Below are positions 12,548-25,922 of a stretch of 64,000 nt of DNA, in pieces. The DNA is taken from assembly GCA_964016885.1 (NCBI GenBank), contig OZ024740.1, forward strand, positions 332,940,001 through 333,004,000, read 5' to 3'. Origin of the DNA: Eledone cirrhosa (Eukaryota). A program made the position numbers and the translations under genes. Within the stretch, counting starts at the first letter, position 1; every line of letters starts with the position of its first letter. The notes below the pieces were generated by a model. It was given only the letters and a program-made list of their open reading frames with translations, made no database searches and had not been told where the DNA came from.

Positions 12548-15500
12548 ATGACCTCACTCAGAATAGGCAGCATAAATGCGCGTGGCTTGGGGTCGTCATG
12601 GAAGCAGGGCCACCTGCTCAACGACCTCAGGTCACTAAACATAGATGTAGTGGCCATCAGCGAGACCAGAATCTCCGAAGCACGGGCCTTCGCCGCGATC
12701 TTCGGCGGCTACGATGTGTACGCATCTCCCAGCCGTCCGGGATCGGGGGTAGTAGTTGCTGTGCTTTTTCGGAGAGGTTTGGATCTCGCCATACTTGTCA
12801 TCTTGCTGGACCCAGAAGGTAAGCTGGTGGTGCTAGACGTGACCAGCGGAGACGGGCAAGCTTTCAGGCTAGTGGACGTCTATGCCCCGACAGCAGCAGG
12901 GTGGCCTGATTTCTTCCGGCGTCTGAATACCTTTCTTGGAACGTTAAGCTCTTTAGTGTTAGTGGGCGACTGGAACGGGACCTTAGATGCACGCTGGGAC
13001 TGTGTGGGATTAGCGGATAGGGGAGGAGGGTGCAAGAGCTTCACCAACAGGCTCAGGCGTTTTGAACTGTCTGACAGATACCGATTGGATTTCCCGAATG
13101 TGCCAATGTGGACTTGGACAATCGCATAGAGTCATCCAGATCATATCTACATAGAGTATTTTGTAGGGAAATAAATAGGTCTAGCATAGGCTGTCCACAG
13201 TTCAAGATAGTCAGCTATACGGACCACAAATTCGTGATCTGTGTGCTTGACTTAGATAGGCTTCATAGACGAGGACCCGGCTACTGGAAGCTAAACGCGT
13301 CCTTACCAGCGCGCAAGGACTACAGAGACCGTATTAGCGAACTAGTTAAGCGGGCGTTGACGGTGGCCATCTGAAAAGAGCAATTAGAATAGAGTCCATT
13401 AGGTTTAGAAAGGCTTTAGCAATAGAGAAAAATAGAGAAGAGGGAGAATTAGTTAGAAAATTAGACGAGGCGCTTAGCAAAGGCATTGCGACCGACCTAC
13501 TTGCGGCGAAATTGGCCCTTGACCAATTCTTCAATGCAAAGCACGAAGGCTACGTTGTAAGAGTAGGATGCGTGCTCTGAGACACGAGGGAACGAAAGCC
13601 GTTCAATGCAACAAAGCCACGATCCGGTCATTGGTAGACCACGACGGGCGCATGCTGCTCGATCCCGGGCAAATGTGTGAAGCTTTTCAGCGACACTTCA
13701 CTCAGTTGTTCGGGGGCAGCGGCGGGCCGGATCGAGGGATGGACTTTAGTGACTACCTCGACGGACTGCCGCGGTTCTCGGCCACTGAGGCGGAGTGTTG
13801 CGAAAAGCCGATAACAGCCGCTGAAGTACGGGAGGCAATGACTAGCTGCACAAGGGGTAAATCGCCTGGTTTGGATGGTCTGCCCTATGAACTTTACGTA
13901 CAGATGCCAGACTTTTTCGGAGGCCCCTTGGCGGACGCCTTCTGCAACTGGCAACAGAACGGGAGAATTCCCAGCTCTGTGAGCCGAGGAGCTGTGGGGC
14001 TGCTGAGAAAGGATCCGAACAAGGGGGATAACATAGATAATTTTAGGACCATAACTCTGCTAAACACAGAGTTCAAGATTTTGGCCAAGGTGCTAGCAGA
14101 GAGGTTGGCGCTTGTCGGTGGTGATCTGGTGGGAGAGGCGCAGACATGCACCATTCCCGACAGATCCAGCCACGACAACCTCACCTCATGCGATACATCG
14201 TAGAGAGGGTAGCTAGGGTACCTGGCACGGGTGGGTCCTTGATCAATTTAGATCAGTAGAAAGCTTTCGATAGGGTCGACCATCGTTACCTAGCGGCAGC
14301 CTTGAGGGCGGCTGGCTTTGGGCCCGTCTTCAGAGGCTGGATCGCTGCCATGCACAGCGACATCTGCTCTGTGGTGAGAGTGAACGGTCACCTTTCGGAA
14401 CCGTTCAACATCATGCGCTCGGTCCACCAAGGATCCCCTCTCGTCCCTCTTGTACGTATTGACTCTCGAGCCATTACTGCACAAACTGGAGACGTTGAGG
14501 GGGGTCCCGCGGATGATCCGTGTCAGCATATGCCGACAATGTCACCGTAGTGGTGTCGAACGCCAAACACATCGAGGCGATCGGCACTACACTAAGAGAA
14601 TACGAAGCGGTGACAGGAGCAATGATCAACCAGGAAAAGTCTGTGGGCCTGCAGCTCGGCACCTGGAGAGGCAGGTCCATGCCCTCCAACAGCGACGTCG
14701 GGCGCTGGACAGACGGACCAGTTAAAATGCTCGGGGTCTGGTTCGGTCCGGATCTCCAGACGGACAAAAACTGTGACGAGGTGACGAGCAGGGTGGCTTC
14801 TCTCACCCAGAAATGGGCCGAGAGGAAGCTATCACTGAAAGGTCGAGCGGAGGTGGCTAACGCGTATATCGCGTCCGTCATCTACTACCTCCTGACCGTC
14901 GTACCTTGCGCAGGCACGCGCTCAGGCTGCGACATCTCCACCTCTTCCTCGACGGTGATCAGGTGTGGTCTCCGTTTGATAGAAACGTCTTTCCCCAGCT
15001 TGTCTCTTTGACGGAGCTGCAGTCCTGGGTCAAGCGAATAACGAGAGGGAGCGCTTGGAGACTGGAATGTCTTCAGGCGCTCACAGCCCTCGACCAATCG
15101 GGCAATGGGATCAGTGGAAACTCCACCTTGGCGTTCTATAGAGGATTAGTGGAGGGGAAGAGCGACGACGTACTTGGGGAAACTCTAGACGTCGACGAAA
15201 GTCAACTAGCCAATCTCTTCGGATCAACTTTCGGGCCGGGGCCTATGGATAACTTCCAGAAATCCCTGGCCTGGCAGTGCTACCGAGGAGCTTTTCCTGT
15301 TCGGGATAAACTCTACAGGCATGGAGGTGTCGTCAGCCGGGCATATCCGAGATGCGCGCAGGGCGACGAAACCGTCCTGCACGCACTCGTCCAGTGTCCG
15401 AGCATTGCTGACTTGTGGGTTTATGTCGAACACCTGCTGTCGCGTTTAGGACGGATCCGGCTATCAGTTGAGTCCATCGTGAGGATTGCCCCGCCCTCTT

Positions 15501-15744
15501 CCTTTAGCCGGGAAGGGCAGGCAGTTTTTATCTGCCTGGTGGCCATGGCGAAAGAGATAGTATGGTGGACACTTTTGAAAGGGCTGAAGACGAACACTTA
15601 CCTCTTCGGTGATGCACTGACTAACTTTTTAAATTTCATTTGAAAAGGAAAATCAGGGTAGAAAGGGAAGGGCTCTCTTCCCAGCATTTTGTTGAAAGAT
15701 GGGTGAGAGAGGCAAGAATGGCTCGAGTGAGTATGTGTCTGTAA
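12548..15744 (+). pseudogene. Copy C ORF2 (APE-RT-zinc finger), disrupted with deletions
   Basis: GSINARG, ISET, GDWN, TDHK, KSPGLDG, YADN (catalytic D changed), YPRCAQGDETVLHALVQC. Several frameshifts and deletions, e.g. near 13370 and 14908. Confidence 0.92.
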
Positions 15745-15994
15745 ATTAAAGGTGGAAAACTGGGAGAGGGCACTTTCCCTGGTGGTCAGGGTCACTGTGG
15801 CTTTTTAATGGGCTTTCTCCACGAATGTCCCTGAGAAGTCTCCTCCCTATTGGTGAATTTTTTCATTGTTCTATTATTACATCCTCTGTTTCTTGTTTTT
15901 TACACGCAGAAGTGCCCATTTGTACCGCCCTGTATTGTCCTGTACTGTCCTTAATGTCTACTTTATGTAAACCCTTGTGGTTAATAAAGAAAGC

Positions 15995-16012
15995 ATTATT
16001 ATTATTATTATT
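15995..16012 (+). repeat. (ATT)6 at the C/D junction
   Basis: Short perfect tract between the 3' end of C and the 5' end of D. Confidence 0.95.
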
Positions 16013-16228
16013 GAATGCTATGGTTGACGGAGGCTCGGCTCTGTAAGGTATTGTAAATTTTGAACGCTATAACAATTGTAAATTGTTTAAAACTTTAACA
16101 AACTTGTAGACAACAACACCCTCCTCCTCGTGAGAGGGGTCTTTCTGCCCGTTATTTGGCCCTTCGGGGTTAAATAACTGCTTATTGGGGTTTTATGCCC
16201 AATATTTATTTTAAACAAAAAAAACAAC

Positions 16229-18321
16229 ATGGCTACGAAAAAGAATTTTCATAGGTCACTCCCACTCATTCCGTCTTCTTCTTCCTCAATCATCACTACA
16301 GCAGAGAGAAAATTGTCTCTCTCCCTCCCTTCTTTAAATGTGTCTCTCTCCCTCCCTTCTCTTTCGCAAGCGACGACAAAAAAGAAAAGTCTCGTGCAAA
16401 GCGTGCAAGATTTCTCCACGACGACAACGACGAAACAGGTGTGCGGGAAATACGAAAACCCAGTTCATTCGTCTGACGTCAGGAATAATAGCAGTAGCAG
16501 CCGTAATAACAACAGCAACAGTGACAATGAAAACAACAGTAGCAGCCGCAACAGCATCACCAGCAGCATAAACAACAACAGCATTAGCAGCAGCAACACC
16601 AACAACAACCACAGCAACAGCGGCGGAGGCAGTAGGCGTAGTACCTGCAGCAACAACAAAAGTAACAGCAGCTCTGACGACAACAACAACAACAGCAGCA
16701 AAGAAAAACCAATCTCATTTGCAGGTATTGCGAAAAACCTGGAAATAATCCTCATAACAAATGAGGAATTAGAGGAAGCGAAGAAGATGGTGATAAAGAA
16801 TGGACACCGAGCAATCTGCAAGGCAGCGGAAAAGTTTTTCGAAACCCAACAGCACTGTACGGTCACGTACCGTACAGTAAGTACAAAATCCCGTAGGGTT
16901 GAAAGAGCCACAGAGGCTCAAATACAAAAAGCCTTGGGGTCTGTGTGGCAGCGGAAAACGCATATCACCAGAGGCAAAAAATATGCCACCGTAGACGTAC
17001 TTTTTGCTACCCTCCAGGAGGCAAAGGCTCAATCCGTAGTGACCCTAAGGAGCGAGGAAATGGTGTTGGTGCCCTCCTACTGCGGGCAAAAAATTGTGAG
17101 GGTCAAACTGACCCACGTCCCCCCCGGGATGGCCCCTTCTTGGCTGGCCGCGTCTGTCCTCGTCGGAATCGAGGACAAAACAACTGTACTGCAAGTACAG
17201 AAAAAAGTAAGAGAAGATTGGGTCGGCACCTCCATTGAGATGCTAATCCAAACCAACCAGGAGTGCATCGAAGCTATCCCGGATATGATAGACTTCGATA
17301 ACGGCACTCAACTGCCCATAAGTGTTGAGGGCAAACGCCCGAAATGCTTTCGCTGTGGATCGAAGACTCACCTCAGGGCCTTCTGCAACGAGAAGACCCC
17401 GAGAAAGGAGAAAACCCCCCTCCTTCCGAAACCGGCTCCACGGCTACCAGCAACAGGACAAGCGGCAACCAGGAACGATAGGTCCGTGGCACCCATACCC
17501 ACGCCACGGAAATCAAAAACAGCAGCAGCAGTGGAAATATTAACAACAACAACAGCAATACCAAATGCAGCTGCAACAGAGACTCCAGTGCAAACATCAC
17601 CAACAACAAGTGAAAGAGTGGAGCTGGTACCCCTCCCCGACCTCACAGAATCAGACATGGAGTGTGAGGTGGGAGAGGGATGGCATAAGGTCGTAAAAAG
17701 GCACAAACGCAGAGCAGCGCATCGTCGCCTTTGAAAAGGGAGGAAATAAATGAGAAAAGGGTAAAGTCTACTGCAAAGAGACTCACAGCAGCAACACCAC
17801 CAACACCATCACCACCCACACTAGCACCACCATCACCACCGGCGACAACCCCACCGCCAACAACACCTTCAACACCACCACCACAAGCACCAACATCGCA
17901 AACACAACAACAAAACACACACACCCAGCAACAACGACAAGAAAATAGCAGAACCACACCCCATCCCCAGAAAAACAAATGCACGGCAATAAATACACAC
18001 AACAAGAAACTAATGACTTACATAATTGAACACACAGACATTTCACAACAAGACTACATAATACCAGCACCAATCAAAACGCCAACTAACATAAAACTGC
18101 TAAAAATAGCACAGAAACAATACACAAACATTAAAACGAAATTCCCCAACGCAGTTGGTGATTTCAGGGACGTAGGAGGAACTATCAATCGAAGAGTATA
18201 TTCGGACATACTCATAGAAGAGCCGACGACCAGCCGAAGGGACGATTCAACGGTCCCTTCACCAGACGATCAAGTGAAAAGGGATGTAAAAACCATCCCT
18301 CCTCTACGAAAAGTACGGTAA
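16229..18321 (+). pseudogene. Copy D ORF1, one frameshift near 17730
   Basis: 501-aa ORF with an N/S-rich tract, conserved core and CFRCGSKTHLRAFC knuckle. Continues as 17731-18321 (P/T linker and C-terminal domain). Confidence 0.9.
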
Positions 18322-18356
18322 GTTGTCTTTCCCATCTTTTCCACTCTATTTTAAAC

Positions 18357-21300
18357 ATGACCTCACTCAGAATAGGCAGCATAAATGCGCGTGGCTTGGG
18401 GTCTTCATGGAAGCAGGTTTAACCTGCTCAACGACCTCAGGTCACTAAACATAGATGTAGTGGCCATCAGCGAGACCAGAATCTCCGAAGCACGGGCCTT
18501 CGCACCGATCTTCGGCGGCTATGATGTGTACGCATCTCCCAGCCGTCCTGGATCGGGGGAGAGGATTTGCTGTGCTTTTTCGGAGAGGTTTCGATCTCGC
18601 CATACGGGCCATCTTCCTGGACCCAGAGGGTAAGCTAGTGGTGCTGGACGTGACCAGCGGAGACGGGCAAGCTTTCAGGCTAGTGGCCGTCTATGCCCCG
18701 ACAGGGGCAGGGCGGCCTGATTTCTTCCGGCGTCTGGAGACCTTTCTTGGAACGTCCCGCTCTTTAGTGTTAGTGGGCGACTGGAACAGGATCTTAGATG
18801 CACGCTGGGACTGTGTGGGATTAGCGGATAGGGGTGGAGGGTGCAATAGCCTCACCAACCTGTTCAGGCGTTTTCAACTGTCTGACAGGTACCGATTGGA
18901 TTTCCCGAATGTGCCAATGTGGACTTGGATAAATCGTATAGGGTCATCCAGATCATATCTAGATAGAGTATTTTGTAGGGAAATAGATAGGTCTAGCATA
19001 GGCTGTCCACAATTCAAGATAGTCAGCTACACGGACCACAAATTCGTGATCTGTGTGCTTGACTTAGATATGCTTCATAGACCAGGACCCGGCTACTGGA
19101 AGCTAAACGCGTCCTTACCAGCGCGCAAGGCCTACAGAGACCGGATTAGCGAACTAGTTACGCGGGCGATGACGGGGGCCATCGTCAACAACAAGTGGTG
19201 GTTTGCTCTGAAAAGAGCGATTAGAATAGAATCCATTAGGTTTAGTAAGGCTGTAGCAATAGAGAAAAATAGAGCAGAGGGAGAACTAGTTAGAAAATTA
19301 GACGAGGCGCTTAGCAAAGGCATTGCGACCGACGTGCTTGCGGCGAAATTGGCCCTTGACCAATTCTTCAATGCAAATCACGAAAGCTGCGTTGTCAGAG
19401 CAAGGGTGCGTGCTCTCAGACACGAGGGGACGAAAGCCGTTCAATTGGCCCGAGTGGCGGAGGCGCATCGTGGCTACAAAGCCACGATCCGGTCTTTGGT
19501 GGACCATGACGGGCGCATGCTACTCGATCCCGGGCAAATGTGTGAAGCTTTTCAGCGACACTTCGCTCAGCTGTTCGGGGGCAGCGGCGGGCCGGATCGA
19601 GGGATGGACTTTAGTGTCTACCTCGACGGACTGCCGAGGCTCTCGGCCACTGATGCGAAGTGTTGCGAAAAGCCGATAACAGCCGCTGAAGTAAGGGAGG
19701 CAATGACTGGCTGCACAAGGGGTAAATCGCCTGGTTTGGATGGTCTGCCCTATGAACTTTACGTACAGTGCCAGACTTGTTCGGAGGCCTCTTGGTGGAC
19801 GTCTACTGCAACTGGCAACAGAACGGGAGAATTCCCAGTTCTGTGAGCCGAGGAGCGGTGGCACTGCTGAGAAAGGATCCGAACAAGGGGGATAACATAG
19901 ATAATTTCCGGCCCATAACTCTGCTAAACACAGAGTTCAAGATTTTGGCCAAGGTGCTAGCAAAGAGGTTGGCGCTTGTCGTTGGTGGTCTGGTGGGAGA
20001 GGCGCAGACATGCGCCATTCCCGACAGATCCATCCACGACAACCTCCACCTCATGCGATACATCGTAGAGAGGGTAGCTAGGGAACCTGGCACGGGTGGG
20101 TCCTTGATCAATTTAGATCAGTCGAAAGCTTTCGATAGGGTCGACCATCGTTACCTAGCGGCAGTCCTGAGGGCGGCTGGCTTTGGGCCCGTCTTCAGAG
20201 GCTGGATCGCTGCCATGCATAGTGACATCTGCTCTGTGGTGAGAGTGAACGGTCACCTGTCGAAACCGTTCAACATCATATGCTCGGTCCGCCAAGGATG
20301 TCCCATCTCGTCCCTCTTGTACGTATTGACTCTCGAGCCATTACTGCACAAATTGGAGACGTTGAGGGGCGTCCCGCGCGAACTAGGATGCGGAAGATCC
20401 GTGTCAGCATATGCGGACGATGTCACCGTAGTGGTGTCGAACGCCAAACACATCGAGGCGATCGGCACTACACTAAGAGTATACGAAGCGGTGACAGGAG
20501 CAATGATCAACAAGGAAAACTCAGTGGGCCTGCAGCTCGGCACCTGGAGAGGCAGGTCCATGCCGTCCAACAGCGTCGTCCGACGCTGGACTGACGGACC
20601 GGTTAAATTGCTAGGGGTCTGGTTCGGTCCGGACCTCCAGACGGACAAAAACTGTGACGAGGTGACGAGCAGGGTGGCTTCTCTCACCCAGAAATGGGCG
20701 GAGAGGAAGCTATCCCTGAAAGCTCGAGTGGAGGTGGCTAACGCGTACATCGCGTCTGTCATCTGCTACCGCTTGACCGTCGTACCTTGTCCTAAGCCTC
20801 GCCTGACTGCGCTGGAGCGTTTGCTCTTTCGCTTTTTGTGGAAGGGGCGCGCTCCGATGGTCAGGCGGTCCATCTGTTGTCAACACCCGCTACGTGGAGG
20901 GCTGGGCATGCCGTGGCTGATGATGCGCAGGCACGCACTCAGGCTGCGACATCTCCACCTCTTCCTCGACGGTGATCAGGTGTGGTCGCCGTTTGCTAGA
21001 CTCGTATTTCCCCAGCTCGTTTCCTTGACGGAGCTGCAGTCCTGGGTCAAGCGAAGACCGAGAGGGAGCGCCTGGAGACTGGAATGTCTTCAGGCGCTCA
21101 CAGCCCTCGACCAATCGGGCAATGTGATCGGTGGAAACTCCACCTCGGCGTTCTATAGAGGTTAATTGAAGGGAAGAGCGACGACGTACTTGGGGAAACT
21201 CTAGGCGTCGACGAAAATCAACTAGCCAATCTTTTCGGAAGAAGTTTCGGGACAGGGCCTATGGACAACTTCCAGAAATCTCTGGCCTGGCAGTGCTACC

Positions 21301-21776
21301 GAGGAGCCTTGCCAGTTCGGGATAAACTCTACAGGCATGGAGGTGCCGTCAGCCGGGCATGTCCGAGATGCGCGCAGGGCGACGAAACCGTCCTGTACGC
21401 ACTCGTCCAGTGTCCGAGCATTGCTGACTTGTGGGTTTATGTCGAACACCTGCTGTCACGTGTAGGACGGATCCAGCTATCAGCTGAGTCCATCGTGAGG
21501 ATTGCCCCGCCCCCTTCCTTTAGCCTGGAAGGGCAGGCAGTTTTTATCAGTCTGGTAGCCATGGCGAAAGAGATAGTATGGTGGACACGTTTGAAAGGGC
21601 TGAAGACGAGCACTTACCTATTCGTTGATGCCCTGATTAACTTTTTCAAATTTCATTTGAAAAGGAAAATCAGAGTAGAGAGGGAAGTGCTCTCTTCCCA
21701 GCATTTTGTTGAAAGATGGGTGAGAGAGGCAAGAATGGCCCGAGTGAATGGGCCTACTCTGAGTATGTGTCTGTAA
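18357..21776 (+). pseudogene. Copy D ORF2 (APE-RT-zinc finger), about 4 frameshifts
   Basis: ORF pieces 18385-18633, 18521-19846, 19768-21165 (QGCP, YADD) and 21261-21776 (CPRC..H..C). Confidence 0.93.
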
Positions 21777-22273
21777 ATTAAAGGTGGAAAACTGGGAGAG
21801 GGCACTTGCCTTGGTGGTCAGGGTCATTGTGGCCTTTTACTGGGCTTTCTCCACAAATGTCCCTCCGAAGTCTCCCCCCTATTGGGGAATTTTTCATTGT
21901 TATTTTTTGTTACATCCTCTGTTTTTGTTTTTTACACGCAGAAATGCCCATTTGTACCGTCCTGTATTGTCCTGCACTGTCCTTAATGTGTACTTTATGT
22001 AAACCCTTGTGGTTAATAAAGAAATCATTATTATTATTACTATTTTTATTTTTATTATTATTTTATTATTATGACAATGATTTACCACAACTAGTGAAGT
22101 ATTACATGCAGTTTTGTCACACTATATATTCGCATTCGTTTATATATTTCTATTATACCAATTGAAGCAAATCTAAGATTTCAATATACTTACATTTCCC
22201 CAAACTTTCCTATACCTAATCCTTATATCTTTAAAAATGCCAACATTGTGAGATTTATATGTGCCATACATTA

Positions 22274-22275
<2 letters not shown>

Positions 22276-22354
<79 letters not shown>

Positions 22355-22397
22355 CACACACGCGCGCGCGCACACATGCACACACACACACACACAC
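22276..22397. repeat. (CA)n microsatellite with a short (CG)n interruption
   Basis: Read directly from the sequence. Confidence 0.97.
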
Positions 22398-22729
22398 TTG
22401 ACTACACTCGTTTACTGACTTCGAAATTTCTCTTATTTATGAGTGTTACATATCAATTTCATCTATTTGTTGTATGAGTGGTTTTGGATCAATTTCGTTA
22501 GTTCAGAGGCTGGATCTCCTTTAATAAATTTATTTTTGCCTTATTGTTCATCTTATTGCGTCTTTAGCACAACTGTCAATTCTTATAGTGATTTTAATAT
22601 TCTGGTTGAATGCTCGGAGAATAGATACCACGTTCTCATACAGTGTATAGTTTCTTAAAAAATAGTTTTATATCGTATTTGTAGGGAACATTTAATTGTA
22701 TTATAGATGTCATAAACGTTAAATTGTCT

Positions 22730-23500
22730 TATTTAAGAACGTGTCTTCAATGCAATGAAACCTCGGCAAAATAGTAACTAAATGGACCATCCTCGACTCC
22801 AAATAAAACGTTTCCAAGTTGTTAAATCAAGGCACTGTCCCTCTCAATATATTTCATCTTAGGTCCAGAGACACTTGTAAATTCATTGTGTTACAATGTG
22901 TGGTAAGTCTCGTCTTAAATTTGAAACTGGTTCCATCAAATATTTTCGCCTTCAAGGAGTCTACACGGGTTTATGTAAAGTCATTGGCGCTATTGTCATG
23001 AGATATGATAGAAATCCGGCTATTTTGATTTCAAAGTGACCTCTTTAATTACTATTCAATGCTTCATCAAAAGTTTTGAACTGATAATAAATGTCCGTAA
23101 AATATTCCATGGATTTAGCCGTATAAACGTCCTTTAATCAACTCTTTGAACTGAACTGCTATGGTCCGTTATTATATCGAGATTAAATAATTGATTTTCT
23201 CAGTTCCTTTTGGAGTCGCATTGTGCAAATGGAGTCTCTCAAACGTCTATGACTGCTGTGTGCTACCAATTCCTTCCGTCAATCAATCTATGTCATGTTA
23301 AGGTGTTTTCTTCTCTTTGCTTTGTCTTCAATAATTGCATGATTCACAAGTAGCTGCTCTTTACAATCACACATCCTTTTCAGACACATATTCTGCTGTT
23401 CTGTGATATCGCTTTCTTGGGGAGGGGTCAGCCTGTTATATAAATTAGTTTTGTACATTGTTAGAAAAGTAATAAGCCCATAATAGGGAAGTGGAATGTG
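22730..23500 (-). mobile_element. Old, heavily decayed R4/Dong-like RT relic
   Basis: Minus-strand fragments ITFLTMYK, CKEQLLVNHAI, KRRKHLNMT*ID*RK and LERFYL..IED resemble the [21 protein letters not shown] and VDRLYL..IED motifs of the Dong copies in this window. Confidence 0.5.
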
Positions 23501-24066
23501 TATAACACCATTGTTTATGCCTTCAACTTTCGTTTTGTTATGTGTGAAGGGATTGGAGTAATCAATATTATTTCCTCTTCAAGCACAGTTGTGTTTATAA
23601 ATTAGATGACTAGTGTCATTAGAGGCATGTGAAATCTGCTTAGATTTTGCAGCAAGAAAATGAGGAAATTTAGCTAGCCTTACGGGAATTCTCCATACGT
23701 TTTATGCATTATAATCTCGTTGAAATATCTCTAACTAGTATGTTATGTTTTACTGAAAACGTTATATTAAAATGTTACTACATATTTTCATACCTGAGAA
23801 CCTCTGTAATAATTACTGATGGTTTTCGAAGCATTTTATTTTGCTTGATATTGCTGGTATAATTTCCTAAGACTTTCGTGTATATATTTTACTGATGCTT
23901 TAAAGTTTCCTTTAAATTTAAGTCCCTACAACTTTTCTCAAAATATGTTTATTCCTACCAAGGCTGTCTTTTATATTGTGTATTTTTTTAATTTCTATTC
24001 TAAACTTCTCAAGACAGCGTTCCAACTGTTCAAACTACTAGAGGCACTATTTAATTATTATTATAA

Positions 24067-24580
24067 CCTCGGCGGATTATGATCTGAGTTTAAATCCCGC
24101 CGAGGTTATCTTTGCCTTTCATCCTTACAAGGTCGATAAAATAAAGCTCGAGTAATGCACCGGGATAATTGCTGGCCTTGTGCCAAAAGTAGAAACAATT
24201 ATTACTATCATTGTAGTTAGGGCGGTGGATTGGCAATATCGGTAGAGAGTCGGACACCATGCTCTTTACGGTCTCAGCTCAAATCCAACCGAGGTTAACT
24301 TTGCCTTTCCTCCTTACGGGGTCGATAAAATAAAGCACCAGTAACGTACTAGGGTCGATTTAATCGACTTTCCCCTCGCCCAAATTACTTGTGCCTATAC
24401 TAGAAATCATTATTACCATTGTAGTTACGGCTCTTTACGTTCTGTGTTCTAATCTCGCCGAGGTTAGCTGTACCTTTCATCCTTATGGCGTAGAGAAAAT
24501 AAAGTGGGATCGATTTAACAACTTTCCCCTTTCCCCATAATTGCTGGTTTTGTTCCTAAATCAGACACCATCATTATCAT
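24067..24580 (+). mobile_element. Three tandem SINE copies or fragments (same family)
   Basis: Repeated (C/T)AAATCC..CCGAGGTTA..TTTCATCCTTA..GTCGATAAAATAAAG units at ~24067-24205, ~24221-24410 and ~24428-24575. Confidence 0.75.
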
Positions 24581-25922
24581 TGTAGTTATTATTGTTGTTC
24601 TGTCTCTTTATGACGATGTCAAAGATGTGAAAAACACGAATGGTAACTATGATTCTTATAACGTAGAAGAGCATACTGGTATTAGTAATATAGGCAATGA
24701 TGATGATGACAATGATGATAATAGTGATGGCATCGATGAAAGCTATGTTCTTGGTTATTATCGTTTTGTGAGGTCCACAAATACCTTGGTGTATAAACAG
24801 GCAAACACACAGTAATCTGCAAACTTCAAATCCTGAAAATTTGAAAAAGAAAACCTTTTTGATCCCTGTTTATAAAACGGAAAAGTTAGAAATAGAAAAG
24901 AATGATCGAAAGCCGTAGTTTCAGAAATAGAATATTATGTGGCATAACACTAATAATTGATGCTCGAACTAACATAAAAGAGGATTATGAAGACACCAAC
25001 TAAAAAGCCTAACATCGAACGCTTCGTTGAATTATGGCCCTATGATGGTGATAAAAAAGATCAATGTTATAGCATCAGGAGTTTTATTTTAGAAAGAAAA
25101 GCAAGGTTGATTTTTACACATAACGTAACGTTAAGTTACGCCATAGTTACGCAAACATTAACTGACTACTACTGATCATAGTGATGATGTGATAGGACAG
25201 TAAATGATACTTCAAGACAAATATTGTAATCACTTAAAAACTGACATATTTACCAACATTTATGTCACTTATGACATTATATTTGATGACAAATATATTT
25301 GATGTCTCTTACTTGGAAAATTGATATATTCGTCAATGATCATATTTTCGTTTTTACAGATTATATAGTAAACATAAAAATCATGAGCATCAATCTGATC
25401 ACACTAGAAATGGTACATATGCCATCACATTGTGTCCTTGCTTATGGTATTACATGAGTCAAAATTATAATTACAGTTATGTGTTTGATGATGTTTTCTT
25501 GTGTAAGCTTTGAGCTCATAAATATATGGCTTTAAATAAATTACAGAAAAAATGTTAATATTCGGAATCCAAGGGAATTGTTCGTGATTTACAGCCAACA
25601 TTAATCCATATTTGCTTTATAAACTTATAATAGTTGGCCCTAATTAATTAAAAAGGGCTTTGAAATCGAGTGATTGATATACGCCGAGGAAACTAAAATT
25701 ATATCTATGATAAACGTAGTTAACAAAAGCCAGAGAGATGAATTGTAGAAAGAGAGGGGAGAGAGGGGAGATAGAGGGGGAGATGGAGGAGGGAGAAAGA
25801 GTGAGGGAGAGAGAGAAGAGAGAGAGAGACGAATATATAGAACTAAATGAATGCTGTTGGAAGTCGTGCAACGAAAGTCGTGTAATTGAAATTAAGTAGC
25901 AAGCAGTAGGTTAGTTAAAAAG

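Larger units (their letters stand above)
10363..15994 (+). mobile_element. Tx1/L1-clade retrotransposon copy C: full length, disrupted (C/H/I family)
   Basis: 5' leader GGCGACCTACGTAG is shared with H and related to I. ORF1 and ORF2 remnants are present. 3' end AATAAAGAAAGC then (ATT)n. Confidence 0.95.
16013..22026 (+). mobile_element. Tx1/L1-clade retrotransposon copy D: full length, chimeric (G-like ORF1 + C/H/I-type ORF2)
   Basis: Unique 5' leader. ORF1 is closest to G; ORF2 and 3' UTR are near-identical to C/H/I. Ends AATAAAGAAATC followed by an imperfect (ATT)n at 22027-22072. Confidence 0.93.

Noticed and set aside
10309-16012. Defined target-site duplications for the Tx1 copies
   Set aside because: Both flanks are pure (ATT)n, so TSD length cannot be determined.
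16465-16911. Leu/Val-rich membrane-like ORFs (also 33975-34355, 39939-40319, 28631-28864, 10289-10522)
   Set aside because: These are antisense or alternative-frame shadows of triplet microsatellites and ORF1 low-complexity tracts.
20253-20762. Recurrent antisense ORF MTDAMYA.. in most Tx1 copies
   Set aside because: It lies codon-antiparallel to conserved GC-rich RT sequence and its length varies (117-169 aa); no independent motif.
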